A model generated the notes under the pieces. That model worked only from the letters and a program-made list of their open reading frames with translations, made no database searches and was not told the DNA's origin. Below are positions 13,609 through 26,858 of a stretch of DNA of 64,000 nucleotides, in pieces (within the stretch, counting starts at the first letter, position 1; each line of letters starts with the position of its first letter). Position numbers and translations under genes: made by a program. The stretch comes from Camelus dromedarius (Eukaryota): positions 21,144,001 through 21,208,000 of the forward strand of contig NC_087437.1 of NCBI RefSeq assembly GCF_036321535.1. The letters run 5' to 3'.

Positions 13609-13778
13609 GGGGGAGGGCATAGCTCAGTGGTAGAGTGTGTGCTTAGTATGTATGAGGTCCTGGGTTCAATCCCCAGTACCTCCATTAAAATAAATAAATA
13701 TAAATAAATAAACCTAATTATCTCTCCCTCTCCTCAAAAAAAAATAAATAAATAAAAGTAATAAATTTAAAAAAAAAA
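13609..13778 (+). mobile_element. Vic-1-like SINE
   Basis: GGGGGAGGGCATAGCTCAGTGGTAGAG...GGTTCAATCCCCAGTACC; TSD AAAAGGT(T/A)AAGTA. Confidence 0.9.
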
Positions 13779-13797
13779 AAAAGGTAAAGTAAGCTGC

Positions 13798-14110
13798 TGC
13801 TGTGGACTAAATTGTGTCCCCCCAAAATTAATTTAAATGTCCTAATCCTATAGGATTGATGGGCTTACAAGAAGAGGAAGAGATCTCTCTCTGTCCCCCC
13901 TCCACTCCACACCCCCAAATGCAGTGAGAAAAGGCCATGTGAGGATACAGCGATATAGCATCTGCAGCACAGGAGAGTCTTCCCTAGACACTGACCCTGA
14001 TGTCACCTTGATTTTAGACTTTCCAGCCTCTAGAACTGCGAGAAAATACATTTCTGTTGTTGAAGCCACCCGGCCTGTGGTATTTTGTTAAGATCGCCCA
14101 AGTTCAGACA
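13798..14110 (+). mobile_element. MLT1A-like MaLR solo LTR
   Basis: TG...CA ends, TTCCAGCCTCTAGAACTG motif, 5-nt TSD GCTGC/CCTGC. Confidence 0.85.
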
Positions 14111-14493
14111 CCTGCCTAACTTTACAAAACTAGTAAACAAAAAGCAGGATGTGAATTCAGGCAGACAGGTTCTACAATCTGTGTTCTTCACCACTAGCTT
14201 ATACTGTCTCAATAGAATATCTTAATTGAGTATGTTTTTCTCCAATGTTTCTTTTCTGTTTTTTTTCAAAGTTGCTTTTCTAAAGTTTGTTCACATTTTT
14301 CCACTTTCAGTTCTGTGACGATACACACATATTTCTTTATTCGTAGCTGCATTTCAGAGCTGTATGTGCTGTGTTTTCAACTACTGGCCAAGCCAGTTCA
14401 TTATGTCCTATACCATTTTACTGTACTTTGTACCATTTTATTGTGCTTTAGTATACTGCTGTCATAGCTGATCTAAATTCAAATGTTCATAAG

Positions 14494-14674
14494 AGGTACA
14501 AACTATTATGTATAAAATAAGCTATAAGGATATATTGTACAACACAGGGAATATAGCCAATATTTTATAATAACTATAATTGGAGTATAACCTTTAAAAA
14601 CTGAATCACTATGGGGTACACCTGTAACACATAATATCGTACATCAATTACACTTCAATAAAATTAAAAGAAAA
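14494..14674 (+). mobile_element. Short L1 3' end
   Basis: CACAGGGAATATAGCCAATATT, AATAAA tail; TSD AAAT(T/C)CAAAT(G/A)TTCATA. Confidence 0.8.
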
Positions 14675-14720
14675 AAATCCAAATATTCATAGGCTGAAAA
14701 GGGATTATCTGTTCATTTTA

Positions 14721-14861
14721 CTTGTATTGTTTGTTTTCTGAGGGGGAGGTAATTAGGCTTCTTCACTGATCTCCACTTGGAGGACGTAATGGGGATTGAA
14801 CCCAGGATCTCTTGGGTGCTGAGCATGTGCTCTACCACTTGAGCTATACCCTTCTCCCAAC
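14721..14861 (-). mobile_element. Vic-1-like SINE
   Basis: GGGGATTGAACCCAGG...CTCTACCACTTGAGCTATACCC; perfect 15-nt TSD TATCTGTTCATTTTA (14706-14720 and 14862-14876). Confidence 0.9.
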
Positions 14862-15500
14862 TATCTGTTCATTTTAAAAGAGTAGGAGCATATAAAGAAA
14901 TCATTGGTTTAAAAAGGAAAATATTAAAATGTCTGGTACATTTTTCACAAATGTTAAAACAGTATTGGAGCAGGCTATTACTAGATTTGTCAATTTTTAA
15001 AAATTTGGTTCCTAGAGTCAATAATATGGTGGAAAATGTTAAACCCTTCTGTTCATGTAAAAGTGTAATTATGTCTCAATACTTGGAGTTTTTTGAAAAA
15101 TCAGTTATATCCTTAATAAATAAAGTCAGATTCAATAAAGAGATAATAGTGCATAACATAAATAATTTCATGTTAGATATAGTATCTTCTTGTAAATACT
15201 AGAGTATCAGCTAGCAATAGATTTGGCAGCGAATATCAGACAACCTGAGCACATTGGCTTAAAAAGATAGGAGACGATTGTCTCACACAATAAGAAGCCG
15301 AGAGGTAGGAAGTCCAGGGCTAGTACAATGGTCAGTGGTGCCATTAGGCACCAGGCTCTCTCCTTTCTGTTACGTCTTCATTTTGACGTCTCATTCTCAC
15401 ACCTCTCCCTCATGGCCCCAAGATGGCTGCTGTATTTTCATGCCTCATATTTACATTCTTGGAGAAATAAAAGGGGCAAAAGGTTTTTCTTCTTCCTTTA

Positions 15501-15600
15501 AATTTTATTTATTTTAAATTGAGGTACTGGAGATAGAACACAGGACCTCGTGCATGCTAAGCATGCGCTCTACCACTGAGCTATACTCATCCCCACCTCC
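15501..15600 (-). mobile_element. Vic-1-like SINE within an old MLT1-like relic
   Basis: CAGGACCTCGTGCATGCTAAGCATGCGCTCTACCACTGAGCTATA. Confidence 0.85.
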
Positions 15601-15877
15601 CAGATTTTTTTTTCCTTTAGCAAGACTTTGATTTTGACTTGGGAAGGGCTGCCCTTCCCAATGTCTTTAGTCTATTACCCTTGGCCAGAGTTATGTCACA
15701 GAGCCCCTTCCAGATGCAAAGGGAAAGGGAGATGAAGTTTGGCTTCCCAGCTTGTATTGCAGACACACAAAGAGGAACAGTTATTGGGAATAGGCATTGA
15801 ATGAATCAACCTATATTATCTGCCACAATTCGTGTTAACAAATAACAATTGTTTATACTTGGGGAGTTGCTGCTCCC

Positions 15878-16445
15878 TGTGAAACGATGCCCTGTGGGGT
15901 CACAGAAGCTGGTGACTAACAGAAATTCTTGAGCTTGTCTTACAGAACAACAAATAAGGGAAAAGCTTGCTAAGACCCCACTGCTTGTAACCTACTTTTA
16001 CTGATTAAGCTAGCTTTAAGTTCTTCTGTTTTTTTTTTTTTTTTAACTGTCCACCCTCCAAGCTTCACATAGCCTAGGTCATCTATCACAAAACTCATTA
16101 ACGACCCCTGTGGATAACACCTCTGAACTATGGGTTGCTATTAACAGAGGCTTAAGTTGTTTTCTAGGAACTTGGAGTCAGCTCTTGTCCACTTCAAGCC
16201 AGCTAAGACTGGTTGGGACCACTGATCTTAAAACTGAGCCAACACAGGTGTCCCATGAATAATCTTTTGATGTCAGAGGACCAAAATCTCTACCCTTCCA
16301 TCATGCTAAGTGCCTCCATTTTTGATCCTGCATCCCTGAAGAAGCATTTAACCAGATACACCAGTGCAGATCACCAATGACCTCACCTTCTCCCTACCTC
16401 CAATCACCTTTCTCCACATCTAAGACGGCCCTGCTCATTCACCTC
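15878..16445 (+). mobile_element. MER74-like ERVL LTR fragment
   Basis: TTTTGATGTCAGAGGACCAAAA...CATCATGCTAA...CCATTTTTG resembles the remembered MER74 consensus. Confidence 0.55.
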
Positions 16446-16479
16446 AGATAGGTAGTTAGCACATGATAAGGTGCCTAAC

Positions 16480-17230
16480 ATTCCTTATCAGAAATGCAAG
16501 TTAAAATCAAAATTAAATATCTCTACACACCCCTTAGAATAGCTCGAATTAAAAAGACCGATAACACAAAGTCTCAGTGAAGACTTGGAGGCTCTGGAAC
16601 TCTCCTGCATTGCTAGTGGGAATGAAAAATGGAACAGCCACTTTGGAAAGTAGTAAGTCAGTATCATAAAAAGTTAAATATGCATCTACCCTATGACCCA
16701 GGAATTCTATTCCTAGGTATTTGCCCAAGAAAAATGAAAAAATCTGCCCAGAAAAAGACATAGATGAATATTCAAAGATGCTTTTTTTTGTACTTATAAT
16801 AGCCCCAAACTAGAAATAACCCAAATGTCCATCAACAGAAGAATAGTGTTCTATTCATAGAGTGGAATGAATAGAATAGCAGTAAGAAAAGGAAAAACAG
16901 ATACATGCTACAACATGGTTGAATCGCAAAACATTATATTGAGCAAAAGAATCCAGGCATAATAGAGTACTAAACTGTATGATTCTGTTCCTATGAAGTT
17001 CAAGAAGAGACAAAACTAACCTACAGAGATAGAAATCAGAAGACTGGAAGCCTCTAATTGGGCTATTAACTGGCAAAAGCACAAGAAGCTTTCCATAGTG
17101 ATAGAAATGTTCTATAAATTGACTTGGGTGATGGTTACAAGAGTTGATACATTTGTCAAAACTCTTCAAACTGTACACTTAAAGATCTACAAATTTTACT
17201 TTGTATAAAATAAACCTGATTTTTTTTAAA
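16480..17230 (+). mobile_element. Ancient L1M (L1MC/ME-type) 3' end
   Basis: CAGCCACTTTGGAAA, CCCTATGACCCAGGAATTC, AACCCAAATGTCCATCAACAG, CATTTGTCAAAACTC. Confidence 0.8.
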
Positions 17231-18409
17231 AAGAGAAACATATTATTTAAGATCACAACCAATACCCTTTTATATTTGCCATTAAGTGGAAAATGCAAGA
17301 AAATGCATTAATGGTTGTTCCATTTGTCATATTGTTCAACTCTTCAAGAGAGCACTCAAATCAAAATAATTGTGTTTCTCATCTTGTTCTGGTCCCCTGT
17401 GGAGGTAATCTGAGAAAGCTCCTTGGAATTCATTAGAAGTGCTACATTTTCAAGAAGTTTATCCAAATGCAGAAGAAATGAGTAAAGGAAGAAGTGAAAA
17501 ATTTTTTAAACAGCAAATGTTTTATTCATTCCAACTCTCTTCTAGAATGTTTTCCAGGTTTTAAATGTACAAAATCTTGGAGCTGCCCCCCAATCATAAG
17601 ATGGGAATTTTAGGGTAGCCTGAAATTCTTCACTGAGCTCTAGACTCTAACAACACAGACTCTGAACTTTTCTAACAGTCTTAGATCTTCTTAAGGATGA
17701 AAGGTATGGATATGCGTCTTTCCCAGACCTAATGCTTAAAATAGCCCTTGACAGCCCTGAGACTGTGGTGTTGGGTTTGTCTCAGACAGATGGCCCAGAA
17801 TTGAGGTCTTGTGAGTGCATACAGATACCCTAATAAAGTTTAGGAGTGCTGAGTCTCCCCAACTCCACCACAGCCCTGCTGTTAGGTCCTTGAGACAGAT
17901 GCAAAGACAAAGGAGTTACTCTTAAAGTCCTTATGACGTCTCCACCACAGCCTTCAAACCCACCATCTAACACATGCAAATGCCCAGGTCCTCCCAGCTC
18001 AGGTCAGACCAACCCTCTGCCAGCTCCACTTACATGGACCTGGTAGGAGGGGCCTGAGGGCTCTGCATAGACGTCCCTCCACTCTGGCTGCACTGGTCCA
18101 GTGGGAGCTCCAGCTCCAGCACCCTGCATGCACACCTCCCTGCCCGGAAAACTCAGGGTCTGGCCACCACCGTCTGCTTTGAGACCAGCAGTCTCATCCA
18201 GCCCTCCATCCCTAGTCAGAGCAAGAAGCCCAGGCTTCCCAGATTACCTTGCACTCCCTTAAATCTAATCCCAAATGGTTCCTTAGATTCCCGTTTATTC
18301 CTCTATCTCCCACTTCTCCTCAGCCTCTGAAATTCTTCCTCTGCCCCCTGATATTCAACCAGCAAAACAACCTCCATCCTCATTTTTCTCCAAAAACTCC
18401 TTTCATTTT

Positions 18410-18541
18410 CAATTTAAATTTTTCAGGAGGAGGTAATTCGGTTTTTTATTTATTTACTGTTTTGATGGAGGTGCTGGGGATTGAACCCAGGACCTCGTGC
18501 ATACTAAGCACACACTCTACCACTGAGCTATATCCACGCCC
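18410..18541 (-). mobile_element. Vic-1-like SINE
   Basis: GGGGATTGAACCCAGGACCTCGTGCATACTAAGCACACACTCTACCACTGAGCTATA. Confidence 0.9.
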
Positions 18542-18639
18542 TATATAATGTCTCATTTGTACCCACTTTTACAAGTAAAATAAGCCTTTTCCATTCCATT
18601 TAATGTTCCTTTTCAACTTCACAAAAAGCCAGTAAATAA

Positions 18640-19350
18640 AACTGTCAAGGACAGTCAATTCTCAGTCCTTATACTACTTGGTCTACCAGCAGCATTTGTC
18701 ACAGCTGATCACGCTCTTCCTGGATGCCCTTTTGTCACGTGGCTCCTAGGAGAGCATCCTCTGCTGTCTTTCCTTCTTCCTCGCTGCCCTTCTCACCTCC
18801 TAACCTCTAGGCTCAGTCCTGAGCCTTCTCTGCTTTCACCCCGTTTGCTGCATCCAGTCTCACAGCTTTAACTAAATGCCATTTATATGCTGGGTGATTC
18901 CCAATGAATATCTCCAGCCCAGGCCCCTCCCCTGCACTCCTTACTCATAGATCCAGCAGACTAATTAAGAATCTGCATTTGGATGTCCCATAGGCAGTTC
19001 CAATTTTACAGGTACAAGACTGAGTTCCGCATCGTCCCTGAAACCTGCTCCTCCAGAGGATTTCCAGCTGAGTTTATAGGAAATTCATCCTTCTAGTTAC
19101 CCTGGCCCAAACCCAAGAGTTGATCTTGTCCTTTGTCTTTCTGCCACACCCCACATTCAGCTACTGAGCAAACCCTCTTACGCCCTCCACTGACCTGTCA
19201 TCAGAGCTCCTGCCATCAATTCCAAATTTTCTTTTTACAAACAAATAATTGTGTTTTCACCCTTGCCCAATTCCACCTGAGATCCTGTCAAAACGTCCAT
19301 CTACTCACAGCATTCCTCTGCTAAAAGCTTCCAGTGGCTTCCCAGCTCTC
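18640..19350 (+). mobile_element. L2 fragments
   Basis: CAGCAGCATTTGTCACAGCTGATCAC, CTAGGCTCAGTCCT, TATCTCCAGCCCAG, TTCCAGTGGCTTCCC. Confidence 0.65.
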
Positions 19351-20009
19351 CCGGCTGAGCTCAGCCAACTATCAACACCCCAGATGAACAGCCACTAAAA
19401 CCAGCAAAAAGCTGCCACCTCGAAGCACAGACTTCTGAGAAATTCTAAATCATGATTTTAGGCTATGAAGTTTCGGGGTAGTTTGTAATACCACGATTTA
19501 ATATACTATATCTTTTACTTATTTTGTTCATTGATAGTCTCACCCACTAAAATGTAATCTCCATCAAGGCAGGGATTTTTTTTCTAATTTTGTTTTCTGT
19601 TGCATCAGTGCCTAGAACAATAACTGACATAATGTGTCCGCTCTCTCTATCTGTGGGGTGAATGAATAGACTGAAGAGACAAATGAAAGGATGTCAGAAG
19701 AATTATGTGTGGATTTTAGTTGATATGTATGACTTAGTATTCAATTCTACCTTTACTAATTCTTTTTACATCAATTTTGTACATCAGGGTCATTACTTGC
19801 AATGTCATGTCAGGTTTTCAACGTTCAAAGTCTCACCAGCTGAATCTGGTGTTGCATTTTCTTTAGCTTATCCCATGTCAGAGTCCAGCCTTCTATTATG
19901 GCCCTAAGATATGTGGAAGTAAGGCTTTCCTCTCATTTGCTATTACCAAGTGACCTTACTGTCACCATTATTTGTTAAATTTGATGTTGCTCATATACTT
20001 TAAAATATT

Positions 20010-20120
20010 TTGGGGGGTAGTTAATCTTTTTTATTTAATTTTTAGTGGAGGTGCTGGGGATTGAACTGAGGACCTTGTGCATGTGAGGCACACACTCTAC
20101 CACTAAGCTATACCCTCCCC
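20010..20120 (-). mobile_element. Vic-1-like SINE
   Basis: Reverse A/B boxes; flanking TAAAATAT repeat. Confidence 0.85.
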
Positions 20121-22157
20121 ACTAAAATATCTTTAACAGAACCCTCCCACCTTACCAGTGGACACGGAGCTGGGGTCTAATGCTTGAGTGGTTCACCTTT
20201 CCTTACAATCCTCTTATTCTCTCAACTCACCATTATTTTTATTCTTTACTGACCAGGAAAAAAGGAAATATTTTAGAAGCAGACTTAACAAAATTTGTAA
20301 CAAAAACTTTACGCTTCATCATTCCAAATACAGTCTCTTATGTTCTACCAAAAATAACTTTCACTTTTATTCCCTTGTTTCATTCTTCTTTATAACCCCC
20401 CGGAACTTTTTCCTGGCGATACCATTTCCTCCACATATCAAATATATGTTTTGTGGATGTTATTTTGTTTTTTCTTTGTTAACATTACACTTGTTTCGTC
20501 TCCTCTAATAATCTCTGTAATAAAATCTCTTTACTTCTTGGAGAGTTGTTTAAAATCTCATTGTGTGAACACATACAGTCCTTTTCTTCTGTACATCTGC
20601 CGTGATCCACTTCCAAATGGAACCCCTATCAGGAAGTATTTTCTATGTGCTTCAAATGAACCAATGGCTTAATTTTCTCTCTCAGCTACCGTGGCTCCTT
20701 GTTTAAGAAGAATACCCTCTTTTATGAGTGCATAGTCATTATTAAAATAATTAGAGACTTGTTCAGAGAGGAAGATGTTTATGTTATACCAGATTATGGA
20801 TCCTAAGGTTCAATATTTATGAATTTAATTTAGGATAAAAACAAGAGACTTTAAAATGGTCTGCAGATTCTTTGGGCCTCATTAAAGTATTTGCAACTTC
20901 TTCTGTTTTGAGTAGCCTCAAAAGTACAATTTTTTGGTATGGCTTTTCAAGAAGGTCAGGATTTCTGTTGACAAAAGGGTTTTTCCTTCAGATGCACAGT
21001 AACTGTTTCACTGTCAGTCGGAACAGAACTGAGCTAAATGCTTACTGTTATACCGTGACACCATGGAAGCCCTAGAACTAGAAAATCTGCCATTTTGACA
21101 GGAAACAAAGCCCAAGAATCGTTTCTAAACACAACCCTAGCGTCTTCCAGTCCAGACTGGATTCTTTTGACCCCATAGCTTCTCTGTGCCACGAAGACAG
21201 TGCAGAGTGAAAAAAGCCCTAGACTGGAAGGTAGGACCCCCAAGTTCCTAGTCCAAATCTAGCACCTGTTTTGTTTTTGGCTTTGGGGTTTTTTTTCTGG
21301 TCTGTTTTCTTTATGTACAGTGAGAGCTTAGACCAGGTCAACACTAAGGTCATTTATATTATATTTAACTCTGAGTCTGTGACTGTTAGATAATGTTTGA
21401 AATTAATAATAAAATTCTTGGTTTAAACTGACATTTCCTGAAAGCTATAAAATGAATTGCTCCCTCCTCAATGCTCCTGTTGGATTTGGTACTTGCCTCT
21501 ATGATGACTTTTAACCACATGGTACCATGGTAAGTATGTTAAATGGAGCTACCAAACATAAAACCCCAGTACCCAGACCCACCCTCCTTCTATCTTGTTC
21601 TGATCAGTCCTTCATCCTAAAATCCTTCACCTGTGCTTTGAACTCCCCCTGTCTTCTCAGGAATCCTATGCATTTATTCTCATACTATAACTTTGGCTTC
21701 TACACTGGGTCTTTATCAGCTATTCCCATGCAGAAGACACTACTGTTCATTTTTTCCCTCTCCCCCACATCCCCTTCAGCACACCCACCCCCATCGTTTC
21801 TCTCTCGTCACAGCCAAAGTCCTTCTATTGCAGGGAGAAGTCATCTCCTCTTCCTCACCCGCTGTCTCCCCATCTCCTGTCCATTTTGCCTTCTGAACAG
21901 ATTGAGGCTCGTTCTGCTTTGTCCCATCTCTACTGCCACCGTGACTGCCACTCACTGGGCTGCCGAGGTTGCCTCCCCTGGACTCCCTGCCCCCAGACTC
22001 CCTGCCCCCACTCTCTTCACCACACAGCAGCCAGTGAGATCTTTTTAAAAACACAAATATAACCATGGCTAAAAACTCTAGCCTCCCATTGTTGTTAGGA
22101 CAGAGACCAAATTATTTACAAATGTAGACTTGGGACTTTCTTTAAAATACTCCAGCA

Positions 22158-22300
22158 GCAGGGGAGTGTATAGCTCAAGTGGTAGAGTGTGTGCTTAGCA
22201 TAAACAAAGTCATGGGTTCAATCCCCAGTACCTCCTCTAAACATAAATAAGTAAGTAAATCTAACTATCTCTCCCCTCTCCAAAAAAAGAATTTAAAAAA
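22158..22300 (+). mobile_element. Vic-1-like SINE
   Basis: TAGCTCAAGTGGTAGAG...GGTTCAATCCCC; 16-nt TSD TTAAAATA(C/T)TCCAGCA. Confidence 0.9.
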
Positions 22301-24756
22301 TTAAAATATTCCAGCAAAAAAAAAAAAAGAAAGAAAGAAAAGAGGAGAGAGAGCAAGAGAGAAGGGGGAATCCTAATGTAAATTGTGAACTTTGGATGAT
22401 TATGATGATATGTCAATGTAGGTTTATGAATGGTAAGAAAAGTACCTGGTTGGGGGGATGTTGATAATATGGGAGGCTGTGCATGTGTGGGGACAGAGAA
22501 TAGATGGGAATCTCTACCTTCTCAATATTTCTGTGAATCTAAAACTACTCTCAAAAAATTAAGTCTTTAAAACAAAACAAAACAAAAAATGAGTGGGTGT
22601 GTTGGATGAAAGTTGGATGAAAGAAAATTGGCAAATGCTAATAATGCTTTTAACAAAATTGGATGAGTGTATGGGAGTTTATTTTATTATTCTCACTACT
22701 TTTATGCACATTTGGGGTTTTCTGTAACAAAAAGATCTCCAAAAATGGTGTGATAAAATGGTGATTTTATCTCTTATATGATGTTTATACTTAGTTCTCC
22801 GAAAATAACTTGTGTATCACTCCTTTCTAATTTCACTAAGAAAACCTTAATTATCTGTAGAATTCTGTTGAAGAAAATCTAGCAGGACCACCAACTGGTC
22901 TTACTATTCAATATTTCAATAGAAAAGACAAACTGCTTGGAAACTGAATTTCTGTGAGAAAACTCTACGATCACATTGAAACAACAGTCTAAAACTCATC
23001 TAGCTCCACCTCTTCTCTGTTTAGTGTCAACATGTTTTAACCAACAAAGGATACACTTGATTTCTTTAGATTATTAAAATGTGCAGTGCGGTCAGCTGTT
23101 GTTGGAAAGATAAAGACCCTTTTGCTTTTTCTTCCAGTAGACGGCTGCTACTGAACGAAAAAAGCAAAATCTTCACTGTGAGCCAATTTAAATCAGAAGT
23201 AAAAGAATAATTCAGACTCTTTGGGTATCCTAATGCTGACATATTGGTCTGCTTCAGAACTTACACATTTCAACATAGCTTCTGCTTCTGAGATCACACA
23301 GTATCAAGCTACATTATTTCATAATTCTTGAACCTCAAAAAGATGGGCTATTGGACCATGCAGAGAATTGTGCAGTATAAAGGATGGTCATATTCTTCCT
23401 TAGAGACCTAGCTTTACATTAACCTTATCATAGGGGTATTTTCAAAATTAAAAATCCTTAGAAAGAGAAACAAACCAGGACTCAATTACTAATCAGTAAC
23501 TTAAACTCCTTTTTTATGGTCCTTATGTTTTAAGTGTTGTATGACATCAGAGCATTTTAAAATTTAAAAGCATACATGTCATCAATAATGCTTTAAACCA
23601 CACGAGGCAAAATGCAATGGAAGACCTGAGTAAAGAGCATTTTTCCTTTTCTTTAGGTTACAGAATTAGTCCTAAAAGATACAAAGATATTTTCGTTTTT
23701 GGGGTGTTTTTTTTTTCTATTATCACAGTTGCTTTTTCTTTCAAAGTGAAATATCTCTGCTTTTCACATGACAGAGTTTGGTCATCTTTTTTTATGGCAG
23801 CATATAGTAAATTGCTTGGTTGCAATAGCTTGTTGTTACAAATCTTTCATGTCACTTGATGAGTGTGACCTCCCTGTCTTCCAGCTCCACCAGGCCCCAC
23901 AGCTTTCCAGAGTCACGTGAGACCCTGAGTTGGCAGCTCTGCGCTAGCTGGGCATGGGACGTCAGAACCCACCTTCTACCGCTTGGCCTAGTTCTCTCCT
24001 GCCTCCAATATGCATATAAGAAAAGCATAATTCTGAATCAGGGTTTGATGATTGATAGTCACTATTTAAAAGTTAATGCTTTTTGATCACTTCTTTGTGC
24101 CAGGCACTATTTGGCATTTAACTCTCCCAAAGACTTACTCAAGAATCAACACTGATTTTCTCTATTTTCCCATAATTATACTGAGGCTCAGAGAAGTTAA
24201 GTAACTTGCTAAAGTCACACAGCTAGGACTTGCTAGAGCCAGAATTCACTTTCCTAAGCAGTGCTGGAGTTAGTGCTTGTAAACGTAGGGCCACATCTCC
24301 AATCCAAGACTTCTGATACTTTTCCCCAGTGGTATAGGATATCCTGAATGTGCCCAGCACTTAGTTCTGCTTCTAACCTAAGGATTCAGTGTTATTCCTT
24401 CATTGGATCTACAATTATTATTTCATTAAGTTGGGAAAAGCCCTGAACCCTAATTGTTAGTGAATCAAATAAAGTGTTCCATTTTAAATAGATCTCTTTC
24501 TTTTTCAGGCAGGTAAAACATTAAAAATAATGGTACTCTGTTTAAAATTGCCAGCAGTCAACATAAAAACATAACTTCTAGACTTTGTGTTCAAATATTA
24601 CCTAAACTCTGTTCTCATCAGTTAGATCATCTTTAATTACTAAGGGAGTGAGTGTTTTTACCCAGATGATCTGTGGTATGACTGATTAGAAAACAAAACA
24701 GAAGAAAAAGTTCCTCCTATTTATGAATGACAAAGCTACAAAAAGAAGGGCTAAGT

Positions 24757-25080
24757 CTGTGCTGTCCACCAAGGTAGCCACTGGCCACGTGTGGCTGCTG
24801 AGCATTTGAAATGTGGCTGGTTTGAATTGAGAGGTGTGGTAAGTAAAATAAAAAGCAGATTTGGAAAACTCAGGGCACACAAACAAAAAGGATGTAAAAT
24901 ATCCCCTTAGCAATTTTTCTATCAATTACATGTTGAAATGAGACCGTTTTGCATATGTTGGGCCAAGTAAAATATATTATTAAAGTTAATTTCACTTGTT
25001 TCTTTTTCTCTTTTCAATGTGGTTGCTAGAAAATCTGAAATTCCGTATGTAGCTTTGCACGTGTCTATTGCACAGTGCTG
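24757..25080 (+). mobile_element. Full-length MER33 hAT MITE
   Basis: CTGTGCTGTCCA...TTGCACAGTGCTG; 8-nt TSD GGCTAAGT/GGTTAAGT. Confidence 0.88.
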
Positions 25081-26810
25081 GGTTAAGTGATTACCCAGGG
25101 GTAAAATAAAGTATCCATCAGTGTGAGTGGAATCAAGCAGTTTGTAGCAGTCATCAGTGAAAAATGTTCTTTTTTCACCAATAAGGTTAAATAGTGATGT
25201 GATGACAATTCTACCATTTTCTCAAAGTTCTGCCCTGTTGGATTGCCACTGTATTCATAAGAACCACGGGAAAAGGCACTTCCTCCTCGGGAGAGAGTCT
25301 CAGACTGATTTTTACTCGGAAATGTGGGCCCCAGGATGACATATCAAGAACCAAAAAAAAAAAAAAAAGGACCAACATTTCTTGTGTGGATTTCAAAGCA
25401 GATGGCATGGTTCCGAGCAGTGGTCACTCGTGCAGAGCCCCCATCTCTGCCACTGGGCTGATGATTTACTGCGCAGCAGGGCAAAGCCAAAGGGCACCCA
25501 CGAGTTCATTACATAATTCTTGGTAGCCGTGAGGCCAAGTGTGTATCTCCCAGAGGATGGCCGGCCGGCTCTGTCAGGCAGACCATGGCCGTCATGATGA
25601 TGTTTGGACAGAGTGTGTGCTGGAGGTTGTTTGCTTGGAAAAAGACTGACCAGCTTTTTGGTTTTTTTTGTTTTTTTTTTTTTTCCCTCTCCTTCCACTC
25701 TTTTTTCCTTTTAAACACTCTGGCGTAAGATTGAATGACTTTGTTTTTAAGCTCCCTGAGCCTTGCTTTGTGTAGAAAAAGCCTGAGTATTCTTTCCCTG
25801 GAGGACACAAGTGTTATTTTTGGAGCAGAGATTCTTAGCCTGATCTCTGTCTAAACCAATTTCTGTACTTTGTGAGGTCGCGGTCTGGGGCGGCTCTGAG
25901 CGATCTCTCCTGGAGGGACGCTTCTCGGCTTCGGGAGGGAGCCTGGGCTGACATGCGGAGGGGGGCTGCGCCTGGAATTTCACTGCTTGGGGTCTCCACA
26001 CACGTGTGGCTCCTTCGCCTTCAGATTCCCCTTGTTAGGCTTGTGCCCTTGGAACAGTCTCCACCACGTGCTGTGCAGTGGGGTGCTCTTCCTGCTGATG
26101 TAACTTCCCCGGATGTTTTTTGGGGGGTTTTTTTTGGGCCAAGGTGACCCCCTCCCCCACCCATTTAACTTTAGGTCACAGACTCCTCAGAACTAAGAAG
26201 GTCATGGCTGGAGGGTCTGTGGCTTCAGAGCCACAGCCCCCTCTGAGAACCACGACCTGGGTCCCCAAGGGTCTCTGGGAACAAGTCTTGGGACTCACCG
26301 CTCAGAGCACCCTGTCCTGTAACTGCTCTGTCAGGCTGCTAGACATGAGGAAGAAAACCTCTCCAGCTTTTCAAAGTTCCTCTTCTGACCTGTCATTCCT
26401 AGGAGTTTACAGAGCTTGTACCGGCTGGCAAACACATAAAATTAGACTCAATTGAAAACACCACTGTCAGCAACAAAGCGTGCACCACCTCATTGTGACT
26501 CCTTTCCTGTGGAAATTGGTAGCGGTGGACTCAGGGAGCAGGTGCGTAGGGAGAAAGGCTCCATCATGGACCGGTAGACCCGGCAGGCATTTCAGGCTGC
26601 CTTCACCCCGGTGGGTGAGCTGTGATGTGCCCTTCCCGGCTATACATAGCCAGCAAAGCTTCTTACAAGAGAAACCTCTTTCCTCACCCTCCACCAGTCC
26701 CACCCGCTACCAGAAGACTCGCTGTAAATCCCCTGGAAGTTACTGAACCTCGGTACAGGGAAGCAGCCGGCTGGCCGCAGGCCTGACCACGTCCCCGCCA
26801 TTGCCCACCA

Positions 26811-26858
26811 GCCTTCCTTTTCTTTGCCTTCCTTTTCTTTGCCTTCCTTTTCTTTGCC
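26811..26858 (+). repeat. 15-nt tandem repeat (GCCTTCCTTTTCTTT)x3 upstream of the GRK7 ATG
   Basis: Three perfect copies read directly from the sequence. Confidence 0.95.

Larger units (their letters stand above)
13480..14210 (-). mobile_element. MIR split by SINE and MLT1 insertions
   Basis: MIR core CATTTAATCCTCAC...AGGTTAAGTA resumes after 14115 (CTAGTAA...CTTCACCACTA). Confidence 0.7.

Noticed and set aside
21981..22010. Short tandem duplications (GACTCCCTGCCCCCA x2; also ~14411-14450 and ~22602-22623)
   Set aside because: Ordinary slippage duplications in repeat-derived or intergenic DNA
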